From positions 736,001-800,000 of the forward strand of contig OZ219747.1 of NCBI GenBank assembly GCA_964291265.2: DNA of 64,000 nt, written 5' to 3'. Below the pieces are notes generated by a model. That model had not been told where the DNA came from. It did no database searches and saw only the letters and a list, made by a program, of their open reading frames with translations. The position numbers and the translations under genes are program-made. Positions 51,517-63,278 of this stretch are shown here, one piece after another. Numbering within the stretch: position 1 is the stretch's first letter; every line of letters begins with the position of its first letter. This DNA is from Alphaproteobacteria bacterium (GTDB lineage: Bacteria; Pseudomonadota; Alphaproteobacteria; SP197).

Positions 51517-52335
51517 ATGACCAGGTTTCATGTGCATCTCATCTCCGACGCAACGGGCGAGACGGTCCTTGCGGTGGGTCGTGCCGCGATTGCCCAGTTC
51601 GAGAACGTCGATGTGATCGAGCATGTGTGGACGCTGGTCCGAACATCACGGCAGATCGACAGGATCCTGAAGACTCTCGAATCCAGTCCTGGAATCGTCA
51701 TCTTCACGCTGGTCAGTCCGGAACGCCGCGACCAGTTGATCAGGGGATGCCAGAGTCTCGGGATCGTCTCGGTGCCGCTTCTCGATCCGGTCCTTGCAGC
51801 GCTGTCGGGTGTTCTCGATCAGCCGGTCAAGGGGCAGCCCGGAGAGCAGCACGCACTCAATGCCGATTACTTCGACAGGGTCGAAGCCATACAGTTCGTT
51901 GTCCGCCATGACGATGGACAGTCACCACACGATCTCGACGATGCCGACGTCATCGTCGTCGGCGTGTCACGCACCTCCAAGACGCCGACCTGCTTCTACC
52001 TCGCCAACCGAGGCGTCAAGGCGGCCAACGTGCCCATCGTTCCGGGCGTGGCGCCGCCGGTGGAGCTTCTCGAGGCCACCAGACCGCTCATCGTGGCTCT
52101 CAGTCAGAACATGGAACGACTGGTCCAGGTCCGGCGCAACCGCATGAAGCTCCTTCACCAGGACGAGGACAGCGACTATGTCGAACCGGACGCCGTCAGG
52201 CGCGAGATGGCAGAGGCCCGCAGGCTCTACGACGAGAGGGGCTGGACCGTGATCGACGTGACACGACGTTCCATCGAGGAAACAGCCGCGACCATTCTGC
52301 AGTTCTACAGGGAGCGGTTCGGCTCGCTTCCCTGA
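51517..52335 (+). CDS. Pyruvate phosphate dikinase / PEP synthase regulatory kinase-phosphorylase (DUF299)
   Basis: HLISDATGET, HDDG, GVSRTSKTP, IDVTRRSIEETA. Confidence 0.95.
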   Translation: MTRFHVHLISDATGETVLAVGRAAIAQFENVDVIEHVWTLVRTSRQIDRILKTLESSPGIVIFTLVSPERRDQLIRGCQSLGIVSVPLLDPVLAALSGVLDQPVKGQPGEQHALNADYFDRVEAIQFVVRHDDGQSPHDLDDADVIVVGVSRTSKTPTCFYLANRGVKAANVPIVPGVAPPVELLEATRPLIVALSQNMERLVQVRRNRMKLLHQDEDSDYVEPDAVRREMAEARRLYDERGWTVIDVTRRSIEETAATILQFYRERFGSLP

Positions 52336-53459
52336 TCGTCGAGGGCGTCGCGCACCATCTTGTGGAAGTGATGAACGACATGTTCGCCCACGCCGCTTTC
52401 CTCGCTGTCGACGATGAACCGGCCCTGATCGTAACCGCGCGAGAACAGTCCTCGTTGAACCGATTCACACAGCAGCATGTCTTCCGTACCGAGCACGTTC
52501 TCCAGGTAGTTGCGCCGGTCTTGTCTGTCAGGCGCGCCGTCGGGAGAGAACCGATAACTGATGAACCGCGTGGCGAGGTGGTTGATCGGCACCGCGGTGG
52601 TGATCAGGAGATCCCCGTCCCCGGGCATGACGTTGATGGTCGTTGTCGGCCAAACATACCAGAAGAGCGAATGAGGCATGGGGGCGTTTCTGGCGAGGTG
52701 ATAGGCGCTGTTGTCATGATGGACGTCCCAGCCCTTCTGACGCGCCGTGATGCCATCGATGGTGTTCTCGTAGGTGGGCATGGAGATGATGTCGCAGAAC
52801 TGCGGGTGCGCCACTTCGCAGTGATAGCATTCGACGTAGTTGTCGATGACCACCTTCCAGCCGGCTTCCATGGCTCGGCCACCAAAGTCATAGGTCTCCG
52901 CGAGGGTGAGATCGTTCCAGTAGGGAAGTTCCCGACGGATGTCGGCTTCGAGATTGGGCGCCTGTCTGGCAAGGGACATGGCCTCGTCATCGAGATTGAC
53001 GAAGACAAGGTTGCACATGACCTCGACACGGACGGGCTTGAGGGAAAACCGGGACTTGTCGAAGCCCTCCACGCCATCGCTGTTGCGGGCCGTGCGGAGC
53101 TGACCGTCGAGAGCATAGGCCCATGCGTGGTAGGGACAGGTGATGGCCGCCTTGATCGTGCCCGTGCCCTCCACGAGACGGTGCGCCCGATGCTGACAGA
53201 CATTGTAGTAGGCGCGCAACTGATCCGAGCGATCACGCACCACGAAGATGTCCTGATCGAGAATGCTGCCGGCGAGGTAGTCTCCAGGACGGGCCACTTC
53301 GCTGACATGGCAGAGATACATCCAGGAACGGAAGAAGATCCTTTCGCGTTCCAGTTCGAAAATCGCCGGATCCGTGTAGTAGCGCGACGGCAATGTGTAG
53401 GAACGGCGAGGATCAGGCCCGAGTGGACGGGCAAATTCGACCTGAAGAACCTCAGCCAT
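52305..53459 (-). CDS. Rieske oxygenase alpha subunit (CntA/choline monooxygenase-like)
   Basis: NVCQHR..CPYHAW; WKVVIDNYVECYHC..AHP. Confidence 0.92.
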   Translation of the reverse strand: MAEVLQVEFARPLGPDPRRSYTLPSRYYTDPAIFELERERIFFRSWMYLCHVSEVARPGDYLAGSILDQDIFVVRDRSDQLRAYYNVCQHRAHRLVEGTGTIKAAITCPYHAWAYALDGQLRTARNSDGVEGFDKSRFSLKPVRVEVMCNLVFVNLDDEAMSLARQAPNLEADIRRELPYWNDLTLAETYDFGGRAMEAGWKVVIDNYVECYHCEVAHPQFCDIISMPTYENTIDGITARQKGWDVHHDNSAYHLARNAPMPHSLFWYVWPTTTINVMPGDGDLLITTAVPINHLATRFISYRFSPDGAPDRQDRRNYLENVLGTEDMLLCESVQRGLFSRGYDQGRFIVDSEESGVGEHVVHHFHKMVRDALDDQGSEPNRSL

Positions 53460-53527
53460 GACGCTCGGCCTCCGTTTCGGCATCCCATGATCATAGCACG
53501 TGAGCCCATCGGGAACGATATCCGTCG

Positions 53528-54126
53528 TCAGGCCTGCCAGGAGGCGATGATTTTGGCGGTCGTGCCGATCTCGATCTGGTCCTCGAATCTCCGGTAGACG
53601 AGATCGAGCATCGCCCTGTGGGCGTCTTCATCGGAACTCGTGACTGCGTCTTCGGCTATGATCACGCGGTATCCCTGGTCCACACCGGTCATCACGGTGG
53701 CAAGGACGCAGACGTCCGTCTCGACGCCGGTCACAACGAGGGTCCGACAGGCCATGGCGTCGAGAAGCCTGACGAATGTGTCGCTTTCGAAGGCCGAGTA
53801 GGTGGTCTTGTCGATGACACGGGCCGGTGGAATGAAGGACCGGAACTCGCTCATGACGTGAAGCATGGCGGGATCCATCCGTGACGTGGTGACGCGCGTC
53901 CAGCGCCGGTAGTAGGTCCGCCAGGCGCCGTCGGACTCGTCCGCCGCGCGGGGCGTCATGAAACGGGTGAAGACGGTGCGGCCGCTGCGATGGGCCACGA
54001 GACGACGGATGGCGGGGGTGATGGCAGGTATGGATGGCGTGTGCCATACGGTCCTGCCTGCGAAGAGATCCTGCATGTCGACGACGACATGGACCGCATC
54101 CCGGCCAATCGGACGGATGTCCTGCA

Positions 54127-54127
<1 letters not shown>
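53528..54127 (-). CDS. Isochorismatase-family cysteine hydrolase
   Basis: VVDMQ, DKTTYSAF, TGVETDVCV. Confidence 0.92.
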
Positions 54128-55169
<1,042 letters not shown>

Positions 55170-55173
<4 letters not shown>

Positions 55174-55970
55174 CGCTCGCCACCGAACTTCGAGAGGCGG
55201 GCAAACAACAACAGCACCGTCATCGAGATCACGATCATGATCGTGGAGATGGCGTTGACCTCGGGCGTGAATCCCTTGCGGATGGAAGAGAAGATCTCGA
55301 CGGGGAGGACCGAAACCCCAGGCGGCGCCAGGAAGTAGGAGATGACGAACTGGTCGAACGACACGGCAAACGCGAAGAGGGCGGCAGCGACGATCCCGGG
55401 CGCCATGACGGGAAGCTGCACGCGCACCAGGGACTGGATCGGTGTGGCGCCGAGGCTGGCCGCAGCCTCTTCGAGATCCGGTCCGATGCTCGCCAGGCGG
55501 GCTCCCACAACGATGATGACATAGGGCAGCGAGAGAGCCACGTGTCCCAGGAGCATGGCGTGAAGTCCCCGGCCGATGCCCGTCCAGAAGAAGAGCACCA
55601 GCATCGAGGTGCCGATGATGAGCCAGGGTATGGTGATGGGAGGAAACAGAAGAAGCTGCAACGCCGTGCGTCCACGGAACCTGTATCGGCCGAAGGCAAG
55701 GGCCGCCATGGTTCCCAGTGTGGTGGCGATGAGCGTGTTGGCGAGCGCCACCGCGACGCTGTTGACGCTGGCTTGAAGAAGCCGTTCGTTGTCCGCCAGG
55801 TCCTCGTACCAGCGCGTCGTGAACGTGAACGGCAGGGTGTAGTGCACCGAATCGTTCAGCCCCATCGCCGTCAGCACGAGAACGGGAAGGTAGAGGAAGA
55901 GCAGGACCAGAAAGAGCCAGAATCGCCCCGCTCCCTCGCTCAACAGCACCAGCCAGCGCGCCTGGCTCAT
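55170..55970 (-). CDS. Polyamine-type ABC permease (PotC-like)
   Basis: LEEAAASLGA, SFDQFVI; ATG overlaps the upstream stop. Confidence 0.9.
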
Positions 55971-56830
55971 GTCGTTCTCATGTAGTTCTTCAGAACCGGC
56001 GCCGACACGGCGAGGATGAGGAGCACGATGGCCAGCAGGATGAACGAGAGGGCGCCCCCCAGCGGCCAGTTGGAGACCACGGTGAACTGTTCCTCGATCA
56101 CCGTACCGATCACCGTTCCCTTGGGTCCGCCCAGCAGGCGCGGTTCGAAGAAGGCGCCGATGACCGGAACGAAGATCAGGATGGATCCTGCGGCAAGACC
56201 GGGAACGGCAAGCGGCAGGATGATTCTCCCCAGGATTGTCCATGATCGTGCGCCAAGGCTGCGTGCCGCCTCGAGGAGCGATTCGTCGATGGCCTGCAGG
56301 GACAGGAAGCATGTGAGAATCATGTAGGGAAGGTAGGAATGAACGAGCCCGATGATGACGGCGGCATAGGAATCCGCAAGATCGATGGTTGGCAGTCCGG
56401 GGACCGCAAGGTGCACGACGCGGTCCAGGACACCGTCGGGCCGGAGCACGATCGTCCAGGAAAAGACGCGAACGAGCGCGTTTGACCAGAACGGCAGGAC
56501 GATGAGCAGGAACAGGGCCTCACGCCAGCGCCCGCGGATACGCCGGGCCAGCCAGTAGGCGGCCGGAAAGCCGATGAGGATGCACAGGCCGGTGACGTGG
56601 AGACCCATTTCCAGTGACCGCCACATGAGATCCTGGAGATAGCCCTTGGTGAAGAAGGCCTCGTAGTGCTTCAGCGAGAACTCACTGGCCTGCCTGCCGA
56701 AGGGACCCCTTGTCCGAAAGCTGAAGTAGAGCATCGCCGACAGCGGCAGGAAGATCGTCACCGCCAGCCAGAGATAGGCAGGGCCCGTCAACCATGTGAT
56801 CGCCCAGCGCCGCCGGGTCTCGATACGCAT
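55967..56830 (-). CDS. Polyamine-type ABC permease (PotB-like)
   Basis: LPFWSNALVR, LLEAARSLGA, NWPLG. Confidence 0.9.
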   Translation of the reverse strand: MRIETRRRWAITWLTGPAYLWLAVTIFLPLSAMLYFSFRTRGPFGRQASEFSLKHYEAFFTKGYLQDLMWRSLEMGLHVTGLCILIGFPAAYWLARRIRGRWREALFLLIVLPFWSNALVRVFSWTIVLRPDGVLDRVVHLAVPGLPTIDLADSYAAVIIGLVHSYLPYMILTCFLSLQAIDESLLEAARSLGARSWTILGRIILPLAVPGLAAGSILIFVPVIGAFFEPRLLGGPKGTVIGTVIEEQFTVVSNWPLGGALSFILLAIVLLILAVSAPVLKNYMRTT

Positions 56831-56903
56831 GGTCAGCGGATGTGCCGGGGTGCCGGACCGCCCTCGCGGAGAACGGGACTGTCCGGAGAAACCCGGAGAT
56901 GGG

Positions 56904-57956
56904 TTAGTCGGCGTACCAGGCCTTCGTTTCCTCCCAGATCTCCAGGAAGGTCTCCCGCGTCTCGTCAGACAGCGGAGCCATGAACTGGAGATTGGCCGTG
57001 GCGGCCGGATCGCCGAGCACCTGCCGGTTGAAGGCGTCTTCGGGCAGCTGGTTCATGGCCACGCTGTTGGCCGAAGCGGGTGCCCCGACCTCGGTATCCC
57101 AGCGCACGAAGTGATCCGGACTGATCATGTAGTCGATGAACTGGAGCGCTCCTTCCGGATTGGCAGAGCCGGCGGCAAGGGAGAGACCATCGAGCCAGGC
57201 GATGGCGCCCTCCTCGGGAATGAGATAGCCGACCGGCAGCCCGAAGGCCTTGGCGCTGCGCGACGCCGAGCCCGACCAGTAGACGGCCACATCGAAGGTA
57301 TCGGCGGCGAACTCCTTGTTCCATTCGTCCTCGGATGACCAGAACGTGCGGATCTGCGGCTTGAGATCGCGCAGTTTCTGGCGGATGACCTCGAGGTCCT
57401 CCGGCGCGTTCATGTTCTGACCGGTGGCCAGTGCGGCAAGGTAGACATTCTCGACGGAATCGTCCCTGACGGCCACGTTGCCGGCATGGGCGGGATCCCA
57501 CAGGATGTCGATGGTGTTGCCGGGATCGACCTCCTCGGTGTCATAGGCGATCGAGGTCAGGCCCCACGTCCAGGCGACCCCGTAGAGGTTTCCGTCGAGC
57601 CTGAACTCCGCGGCATCCCTCAAGCCCGGCGAAAGGTCGCCGAAATGGGAGATGGCCGTGCTGTCGATGGGCTGGATGAGGTCCTCCTCGGCAGCCTGGA
57701 TGGTGAAGGCGGAGTTGATCAGCACGACATCGTAGGCGCCGGGACTGGTGCGCAGCTTGGTCAGCATTTCCTGTTCGGAATTGAAGTAGTCGTGGACCAC
57801 CGTGTGGCCCGTCGCCGCCTCGAAGGCCTCGACGCCCCAGGCTTCGTCGGTTCCGTATCCCTGCCAGTTCAGCACCCTGACTTCTCCGGCGGCCAGAGGC
57901 TGGGCTGCCAGGGCGGCGGCCAGCAAGGCAGCAACCATCACTCCTGATGTACGCAT
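56904..57956 (-). CDS. Polyamine-type ABC substrate-binding protein (PotD-like)
   Basis: Signal peptide; LNWQGY, SEQEML.KL, YDVV, PEEGA..W.D. Confidence 0.9.
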   Translation of the reverse strand: MRTSGVMVAALLAAALAAQPLAAGEVRVLNWQGYGTDEAWGVEAFEAATGHTVVHDYFNSEQEMLTKLRTSPGAYDVVLINSAFTIQAAEEDLIQPIDSTAISHFGDLSPGLRDAAEFRLDGNLYGVAWTWGLTSIAYDTEEVDPGNTIDILWDPAHAGNVAVRDDSVENVYLAALATGQNMNAPEDLEVIRQKLRDLKPQIRTFWSSEDEWNKEFAADTFDVAVYWSGSASRSAKAFGLPVGYLIPEEGAIAWLDGLSLAAGSANPEGALQFIDYMISPDHFVRWDTEVGAPASANSVAMNQLPEDAFNRQVLGDPAATANLQFMAPLSDETRETFLEIWEETKAWYAD

Positions 57957-58014
57957 CGTTCTCCGTTCTCCCTGCAGACATGTTGTCGAAGGAGACGCTG
58001 TCACAGCATTCCCC

Positions 58015-58171
58015 GGCCGTCAACGCGCCGTTCCTCATTCCATGCGGGCCTGGCAGGCCCTCCAGGGCACGTGCTAGACCGGGTGAAGACAGTGAAGACG
58101 CGCCTGATGAAGCAACGCCTGCGTCCCGGGCTCTACGAGGATCTCGTGACCACATCCCTGAAGCGGGAGAT
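58015..58171 (+). repeat. About 157-bp direct repeat, copy 1 (copy 2 at 62279-62436)
   Basis: GGCCGTCAACGCGCCGTTCCTC...AAGCGGGAGAT in both places with scattered mismatches. Confidence 0.92.
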
Positions 58172-61100
58172 CGAGATCCTGCGCGAGGACAGCTGGTCGG
58201 TCGAGACAGGCAGGGCCGACGACAGCCGGCTTGCAGGATTTCTGACCAGCCATGTCGCGGACCTGTTGTGCCGTGCCCTCGACGGGATGCCGGCAGAACG
58301 CCAGATCGCACTGGTGAACCGCGTGCTCGACATGCTCGGCGATCACGGGGTGCCCGACGATGCACATGTCACAGGGGCGGCAGACCTGCTGCTTGCCGTG
58401 GTCAGACGTCAGGGCCTTGAGGATTCGCCGACGGCGGCGGAACGGCCGATACGGTCCCTGCGCGACACCGGTCTTCTCGTCAACGGCCGGCGCGACGTGC
58501 AGGTCTCCGGCGAGATCGTCCGCGAGATTCCGAGCGCCGACGGCATCGATCTCCTCTGCGCCTTTGTCCGCTACTCGGGATTGCGGCTGTTTCGCCGGGA
58601 ACTCGAGGAGAGGGGTGCGGCCGGCATACCGGTGCGCGTCATCACCACGGTCTACACGGGATCGACGGAACGCCGGGCTCTCGATGCGCTTCACGATCTC
58701 GGGGCTCGCGTGAAGGTTTCGTATGATGTCGACCGCACCCGCCTCCATGCCAAGGCATGGCTCTTCCGCAGGGAGAGCGGTCTTGATACCGCCTACATCG
58801 GATCCTCGAACCTCACGCACACGGCCCAGGTGGACGGCCTCGAATGGAACGTACGGCTCAGTGCTGCCCGGAATCCGGAGGTGATCGGACAGTTCCGGGC
58901 GACCTTCGAGCAGTACTGGGAAGAGTCCGAGTTCGAGCCCTATGATCCGGAACGCGACGGCAGTCGTCTCGATGGCGCACTCAGGAATCAGCGCGGCCAT
59001 GCACCGGGGATCACGCTCCCCATCGATGCCGTCGCCAAACCGCACCAGGAAGAGGTTCTCGAAGCTCTTGAAAGCGAAAGAAGACGGGGTCATCAGCGCA
59101 ACCTCGTGGTCGCCGCCACGGGAACGGGAAAGACATGGGTCGCTGCCTTCGATTTCCGCCGGCTGCGCCGGAACCACCAGGTTCGCTCCCTCTTGTTCGT
59201 CGCCCATCGCAAGGAAATTCTTGAGCAGAGTCAGAGGGTTTTCCAGATCGTTCTGCGTGATCCCTCGTTTGGCGAGCGGCTGGTTGCCGGTGAGCGTCCG
59301 CGGCAGGGACGGCACGTCTTTGCCTCGGTGCAGTCCCTGCATAATCGGGTTGACGGCATCGATCCGTCAGGATTCGATGTCGTCATCATCGACGAGTTCC
59401 ATCACGCTGCGGCCAGCAGCTACGAGCGCCTGCTCAACCGTTTGCGGCCTCGGTTTCTCCTGGGTCTCACGGCTACCCCGGAACGGACCGACGGCCAGTC
59501 CATCCTCGGCTGGTTTGATGGCCGCATTGCCTCCGAATCCCGGCTCTGGGACGCCCTCGACCAGGGACTCCTGTGCCCCTTCCACTATTTCGGGATCAAC
59601 GACGGTACGGACCTCACGAATGTGCGCTTCCGGCAGGGACGCTATATGGCAGGCGATCTCGACAGGCTCTTCACGGGTGATCATGCGAGGGTGCGCCGGA
59701 TCATTCAGGCCGTCGGCGACCATGTTCCCGACCCGCAGGGGATGCGCGCCCTGGGCTTTTGCGCTGGTGTGAGCCATGCGCACTTCATGGCGGATGAGTT
59801 CTCCCGTTCGGGACTGAACGCCGCGGCTCTCGACAATGCGACACCGCATGCGGAGCGCACCAGGGCGCTCTCCAGCCTGCGCACCGGTGACCTCCATATC
59901 ATCTTCACCGTCGATCTCTTCAACGAGGGTGTCGATATCCGCGAAGTCGACACCATTCTCATGCTGCGTCCGACCGAGAGCGCCACGGTCTTTCTTCAGC
60001 AGCTGGGCCGAGGGTTGCGTTGGGCCGAGGGCAAGCAGGTGCTGACCGTTCTCGATTTCGTCGGTCAGGCCCGCCGCGAGTACCGCTTCGACATGCGCTA
60101 CCAGGCCCTCGTCGGCGGCACCAGGCAGCAGGTCAGGAAGGCTGTCGAAGAGAATTTTCCCTATCTTCCGCCCGGATGCGCGCTCAGGCTGGACCGTATC
60201 GCCAGGCAGACCGTGCTCGACAACCTGAGCCGCGCCCTGGGTGCAGCGCGCCACCATCTCGTGGAGCGCCTGCGTACCCTTGGTCCCTCGACCCGGCTTG
60301 GCACCTTCGTCAACGATGGGGACGCCGAACTCCTCGACATTTACCGACGACCCTCCGCCGACCATTGCTTCAACGAGCTTCGCGAGCGGGCGGGTTTCGC
60401 ATCGCCATCCTCGAAGGGACCGTTCCCGAAGGCGTTGGGCCGCATGCTTCACGTGAACGATCGCGAACGGTTCGAGACCTGGCGCGCCGTCCTGACGACG
60501 GACGAGTCCGTGGAACATCTTCCTCTTCGAAGGCGGCGCCTTGCGTGGATGTTCTTCGGCCTGCTTGCCGGTTCGAGGCCGCTCGGCGATGCCGATGAGG
60601 TCCTTTCGGCCGTCCGTGCCCGGCCCGAGGCGCGTGACGAGCTGATCGATCTCCTCGACATTCTCGAGGACCGCACCCGCACCCTTGCTCGACCGCTCGA
60701 AGACGGCGAAGCCAACCCACTGGCCAGCCATGCCACCTATTCGCTTGTGGAGATCACCGCCGCCTATGGCCTGACCGACGCCAGGAGGATCCTCAAGCGA
60801 CCACGCGAAGGCGTTCTCCGGGACAAGACGACAGGGACGGACCTGCTGTTCATCACCCTCGAGAAGTCGGAGAAGGACTATGCCCCTTCGGTCCGCTATG
60901 CCGACTACCCGATCTCGCCGCACCTTTTTCACTGGGAGACACAGAACACGACATCGCCGGATTCCCGCACCGGGCAGCGGTACATCGCGGGGACGGGGAA
61001 GGTTCTCCTCTTCGTGCGCGAACGCAAGCGCGATGACAGGAACGAGACCCGGCCCTATCACTGTCTCGGATACGCCAGCTGCCGGCGCCACGAGTCTTCG

Positions 61101-61181
61101 CGGCCGATGAAGATCGTCTGGGAACTCGAGCGCATGATGCCGGGATGGCTCTATCAGGCCGGCAAGGTGGTTGCCGGTTGA
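58107..61181 (+). CDS. PLD-nuclease + SF2 helicase + DUF3427 protein (putative restriction/defence)
   Basis: LHAKAW..GSSNL, ATGTGKT, DEFHH, TATP, QQLGRGLR, YADYPIS..LFHWETQN. Confidence 0.9.
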   Translation: MKQRLRPGLYEDLVTTSLKREIEILREDSWSVETGRADDSRLAGFLTSHVADLLCRALDGMPAERQIALVNRVLDMLGDHGVPDDAHVTGAADLLLAVVRRQGLEDSPTAAERPIRSLRDTGLLVNGRRDVQVSGEIVREIPSADGIDLLCAFVRYSGLRLFRRELEERGAAGIPVRVITTVYTGSTERRALDALHDLGARVKVSYDVDRTRLHAKAWLFRRESGLDTAYIGSSNLTHTAQVDGLEWNVRLSAARNPEVIGQFRATFEQYWEESEFEPYDPERDGSRLDGALRNQRGHAPGITLPIDAVAKPHQEEVLEALESERRRGHQRNLVVAATGTGKTWVAAFDFRRLRRNHQVRSLLFVAHRKEILEQSQRVFQIVLRDPSFGERLVAGERPRQGRHVFASVQSLHNRVDGIDPSGFDVVIIDEFHHAAASSYERLLNRLRPRFLLGLTATPERTDGQSILGWFDGRIASESRLWDALDQGLLCPFHYFGINDGTDLTNVRFRQGRYMAGDLDRLFTGDHARVRRIIQAVGDHVPDPQGMRALGFCAGVSHAHFMADEFSRSGLNAAALDNATPHAERTRALSSLRTGDLHIIFTVDLFNEGVDIREVDTILMLRPTESATVFLQQLGRGLRWAEGKQVLTVLDFVGQARREYRFDMRYQALVGGTRQQVRKAVEENFPYLPPGCALRLDRIARQTVLDNLSRALGAARHHLVERLRTLGPSTRLGTFVNDGDAELLDIYRRPSADHCFNELRERAGFASPSSKGPFPKALGRMLHVNDRERFETWRAVLTTDESVEHLPLRRRRLAWMFFGLLAGSRPLGDADEVLSAVRARPEARDELIDLLDILEDRTRTLARPLEDGEANPLASHATYSLVEITAAYGLTDARRILKRPREGVLRDKTTGTDLLFITLEKSEKDYAPSVRYADYPISPHLFHWETQNTTSPDSRTGQRYIAGTGKVLLFVRERKRDDRNETRPYHCLGYASCRRHESSRPMKIVWELERMMPGWLYQAGKVVAG

Positions 61182-61185
61182 CGAA

Positions 61186-61806
61186 TCACGCGAGACCGGG
61201 CACCAGATTCATGTAGACGACGCGCCACGTGGCCTCGTGGTCGGGTGTCGGCGTGTAGTGATCGATGCGGGTGACGGAGAGGTTCTCGGAGGCGAACATC
61301 AGCGATCCCTCGGGATCGAGTCCGAGAGCCAGGCCCAGGGCTGCGCGAATGGTGCCGCCGTGGGCGACTGCAATGATGTCCCTGCCGGCCCATTCCACGG
61401 TCAGCCGGCGGATCACCGGGGTCACGCGATCACAGAGGTCGGCGAAGCTCTCGCCATTGGGTGGCGTCGTGGTGGCCGGAGCAAGCCAGAAGCGATGGGC
61501 CGGCGCCGAGGCGCCGAGTTCGTCGTACCTCTTGCCGTGCCAGTCGCCGAAGTCCTGTTCACCAAGATCGGTTTCAACCTCGGGGCTGATCGTCCTCCTG
61601 CCGGCCGCGGCGATGCTCCGGGCCGTCTGTCGGGTGCGCCGGAGATGGCTCGTCACCCAGCGCGCCTCCTGCGGCAGCAGGGCCGCGAGAGCAAGGAAGC
61701 TCTCGAGGTCGCCGGTATCCGCGTTGGGATCGGTGGCGCCGTAGATTCGCCCGTCCGTTTCGGTGACCGGCGCATGGCGCACCCACCACCAGCGTGTCGG
61801 GGTCAT
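61186..61806 (-). CDS. Histidine phosphatase family protein (CobC-like)
   Basis: WVRHA, EQDFGDW, GESF, VAHGGTIR; downstream of cobS. Confidence 0.85.
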   Translation of the reverse strand: MTPTRWWWVRHAPVTETDGRIYGATDPNADTGDLESFLALAALLPQEARWVTSHLRRTRQTARSIAAAGRRTISPEVETDLGEQDFGDWHGKRYDELGASAPAHRFWLAPATTTPPNGESFADLCDRVTPVIRRLTVEWAGRDIIAVAHGGTIRAALGLALGLDPEGSLMFASENLSVTRIDHYTPTPDHEATWRVVYMNLVPGLA

Positions 61807-62287
61807 GTCATGGCCACGGCGCCGGCCAGGACGCCGATTTCCGAGGCCTGCTGGATGGCGCCCAGAACGTCGCCGGTCTTGCCCCCCAGGACCGTCATGG
61901 CCAGCCAGCCCACCACGCATGCAGCGATGCCGCCGCCGGCCAGGGCCGCGATCCACGCCCAGGGAAAGGGGAGCACGAGGGCAAGGGCGGCGCCGACGAG
62001 GAGAGCGATGAGGACCTGGTCGAACTCCGGCTGGCCCGCCCCGGCCGCCATTCCCTCCTTCCTGGCATCCGGCATCATGCGCATCGCCACCACCATGGAG
62101 ACCCGCGAGAGGGCGGCGGCGGCGATCAGCGCCGCCAGGACGTCCATGGTGTTCTCGATGTCCGCCACGGCGGCGATGCGGGCGCCGATGGCGATGATGA
62201 GGGCCATGGCGCCGAAAGCGCCGATACGGCTGTCGCGCATGACGGCAAGCCGCCCCTCCCGGTCCCTGTGCGCGCCGAGGCCGTCAA
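61803..62287 (-). pseudogene. cobS: Cobalamin synthase, 5'-truncated
   Basis: DGLG..RL.VMRDSRIGAFG and GG.TGDVLGA..Q; N-terminus replaced by the direct repeat. Confidence 0.85.
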
Positions 62288-62436
62288 CGCGCCGTTCCTC
62301 ATTCCATGCGGGCCTCAGCAGGCCCTCCAGTGCACGTGATAGACCGGATGAAGACAGCGAAGGCACGCCTGATGAAGCAACGCCTGCGTCCCGGGCTCTA
62401 CGAGGATCTCGTGACCACATCCCTCAAGCGGGAGAT
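62279..62436 (+). repeat. About 158-bp direct repeat, copy 2
   Basis: Matches 58015-58171, including the first codons of the DUF3427 gene. Confidence 0.92.
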
Positions 62437-62493
62437 TTCATGAGGCTATGCCTCGGACCGACGAGAGGCATCGCGTGAGAATGAGGACTTGAG

Positions 62494-62604
62494 CCTGACC
62501 AGCGCCGCTCCTGGCCATCAAGTCGGCTCCCGGGCCGGACAGCGGCAGGCCTTGCAACACATTCGGGCCCGCGACGTCACGTTGCAGTTGCCATTGCTCG
62601 GCAG
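62494..62604 (+). mobile_element. Right-end remnant of an IS4 copy-C-like element
   Basis: Similar to about 37789-37899, ending ..CTCGGCAG. Confidence 0.85.
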
Positions 62605-62810
62605 GTCCAATCAAAACCCCACCGACCGCACAGACAAACACGCAGCGTGGGACGGTCCTGCCCTCACCGAAGATCGCCGATCAGGGATATACTTGACGGA
62701 TGCCGAACCGAGAGCGAGGATTTGCGGTACCGCAACCTGATGCGGCGGGGATTCAGCGGGTGCGTACATGCGTGCCGTGGGTTTCATTGAAACATGGAGC
62801 AAAAACACAC

Positions 62811-63278
62811 ATGCAAGGCAATTCGAGCCCGAGGCTGACACTCTCCGTCTGGAAGGATTTCGTTCCCCCGCGCATCCTCGCCTTGCCTGATGAAGAGGGC
62901 GGGCGATTCCTGGATTCGAAGTCTGATTTGCAGGAAGAGATTTACTCTTGGCGACCACACGAGGATGTGTTCGCCGGAATCTCCGACAACAACATTCGAC
63001 TGGCGTTGCATCGTCAACTGATCGAAAGACTGGATGTTTCGAAATCACCGGGCGAAAGGCGCATGACGGCGCTCGAAGATTTCGTCACCGCAGCTGAAGA
63101 TGCCATAGTCTCTGGTGCTGTGGCCAGTGTACCGAGCGAGAGCGAGTCCGATGATGATTTCACTGGCGACAAGCAAATCCGGATTGACATCAATCCCTTG
63201 CTCGCGCTGACGTTACATTTGAGATGGCTTCTGTCATGCTTCGGAAATCGGCCTGGGATATCGGTATCGGTGCGATGA
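62811..63278 (+). CDS. Hypothetical protein (start uncertain, 62700-62811)
   Basis: Lower-GC ORF; stop overlaps the next ATG (ATGA). Confidence 0.65.
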   Translation: MQGNSSPRLTLSVWKDFVPPRILALPDEEGGRFLDSKSDLQEEIYSWRPHEDVFAGISDNNIRLALHRQLIERLDVSKSPGERRMTALEDFVTAAEDAIVSGAVASVPSESESDDDFTGDKQIRIDINPLLALTLHLRWLLSCFGNRPGISVSVR

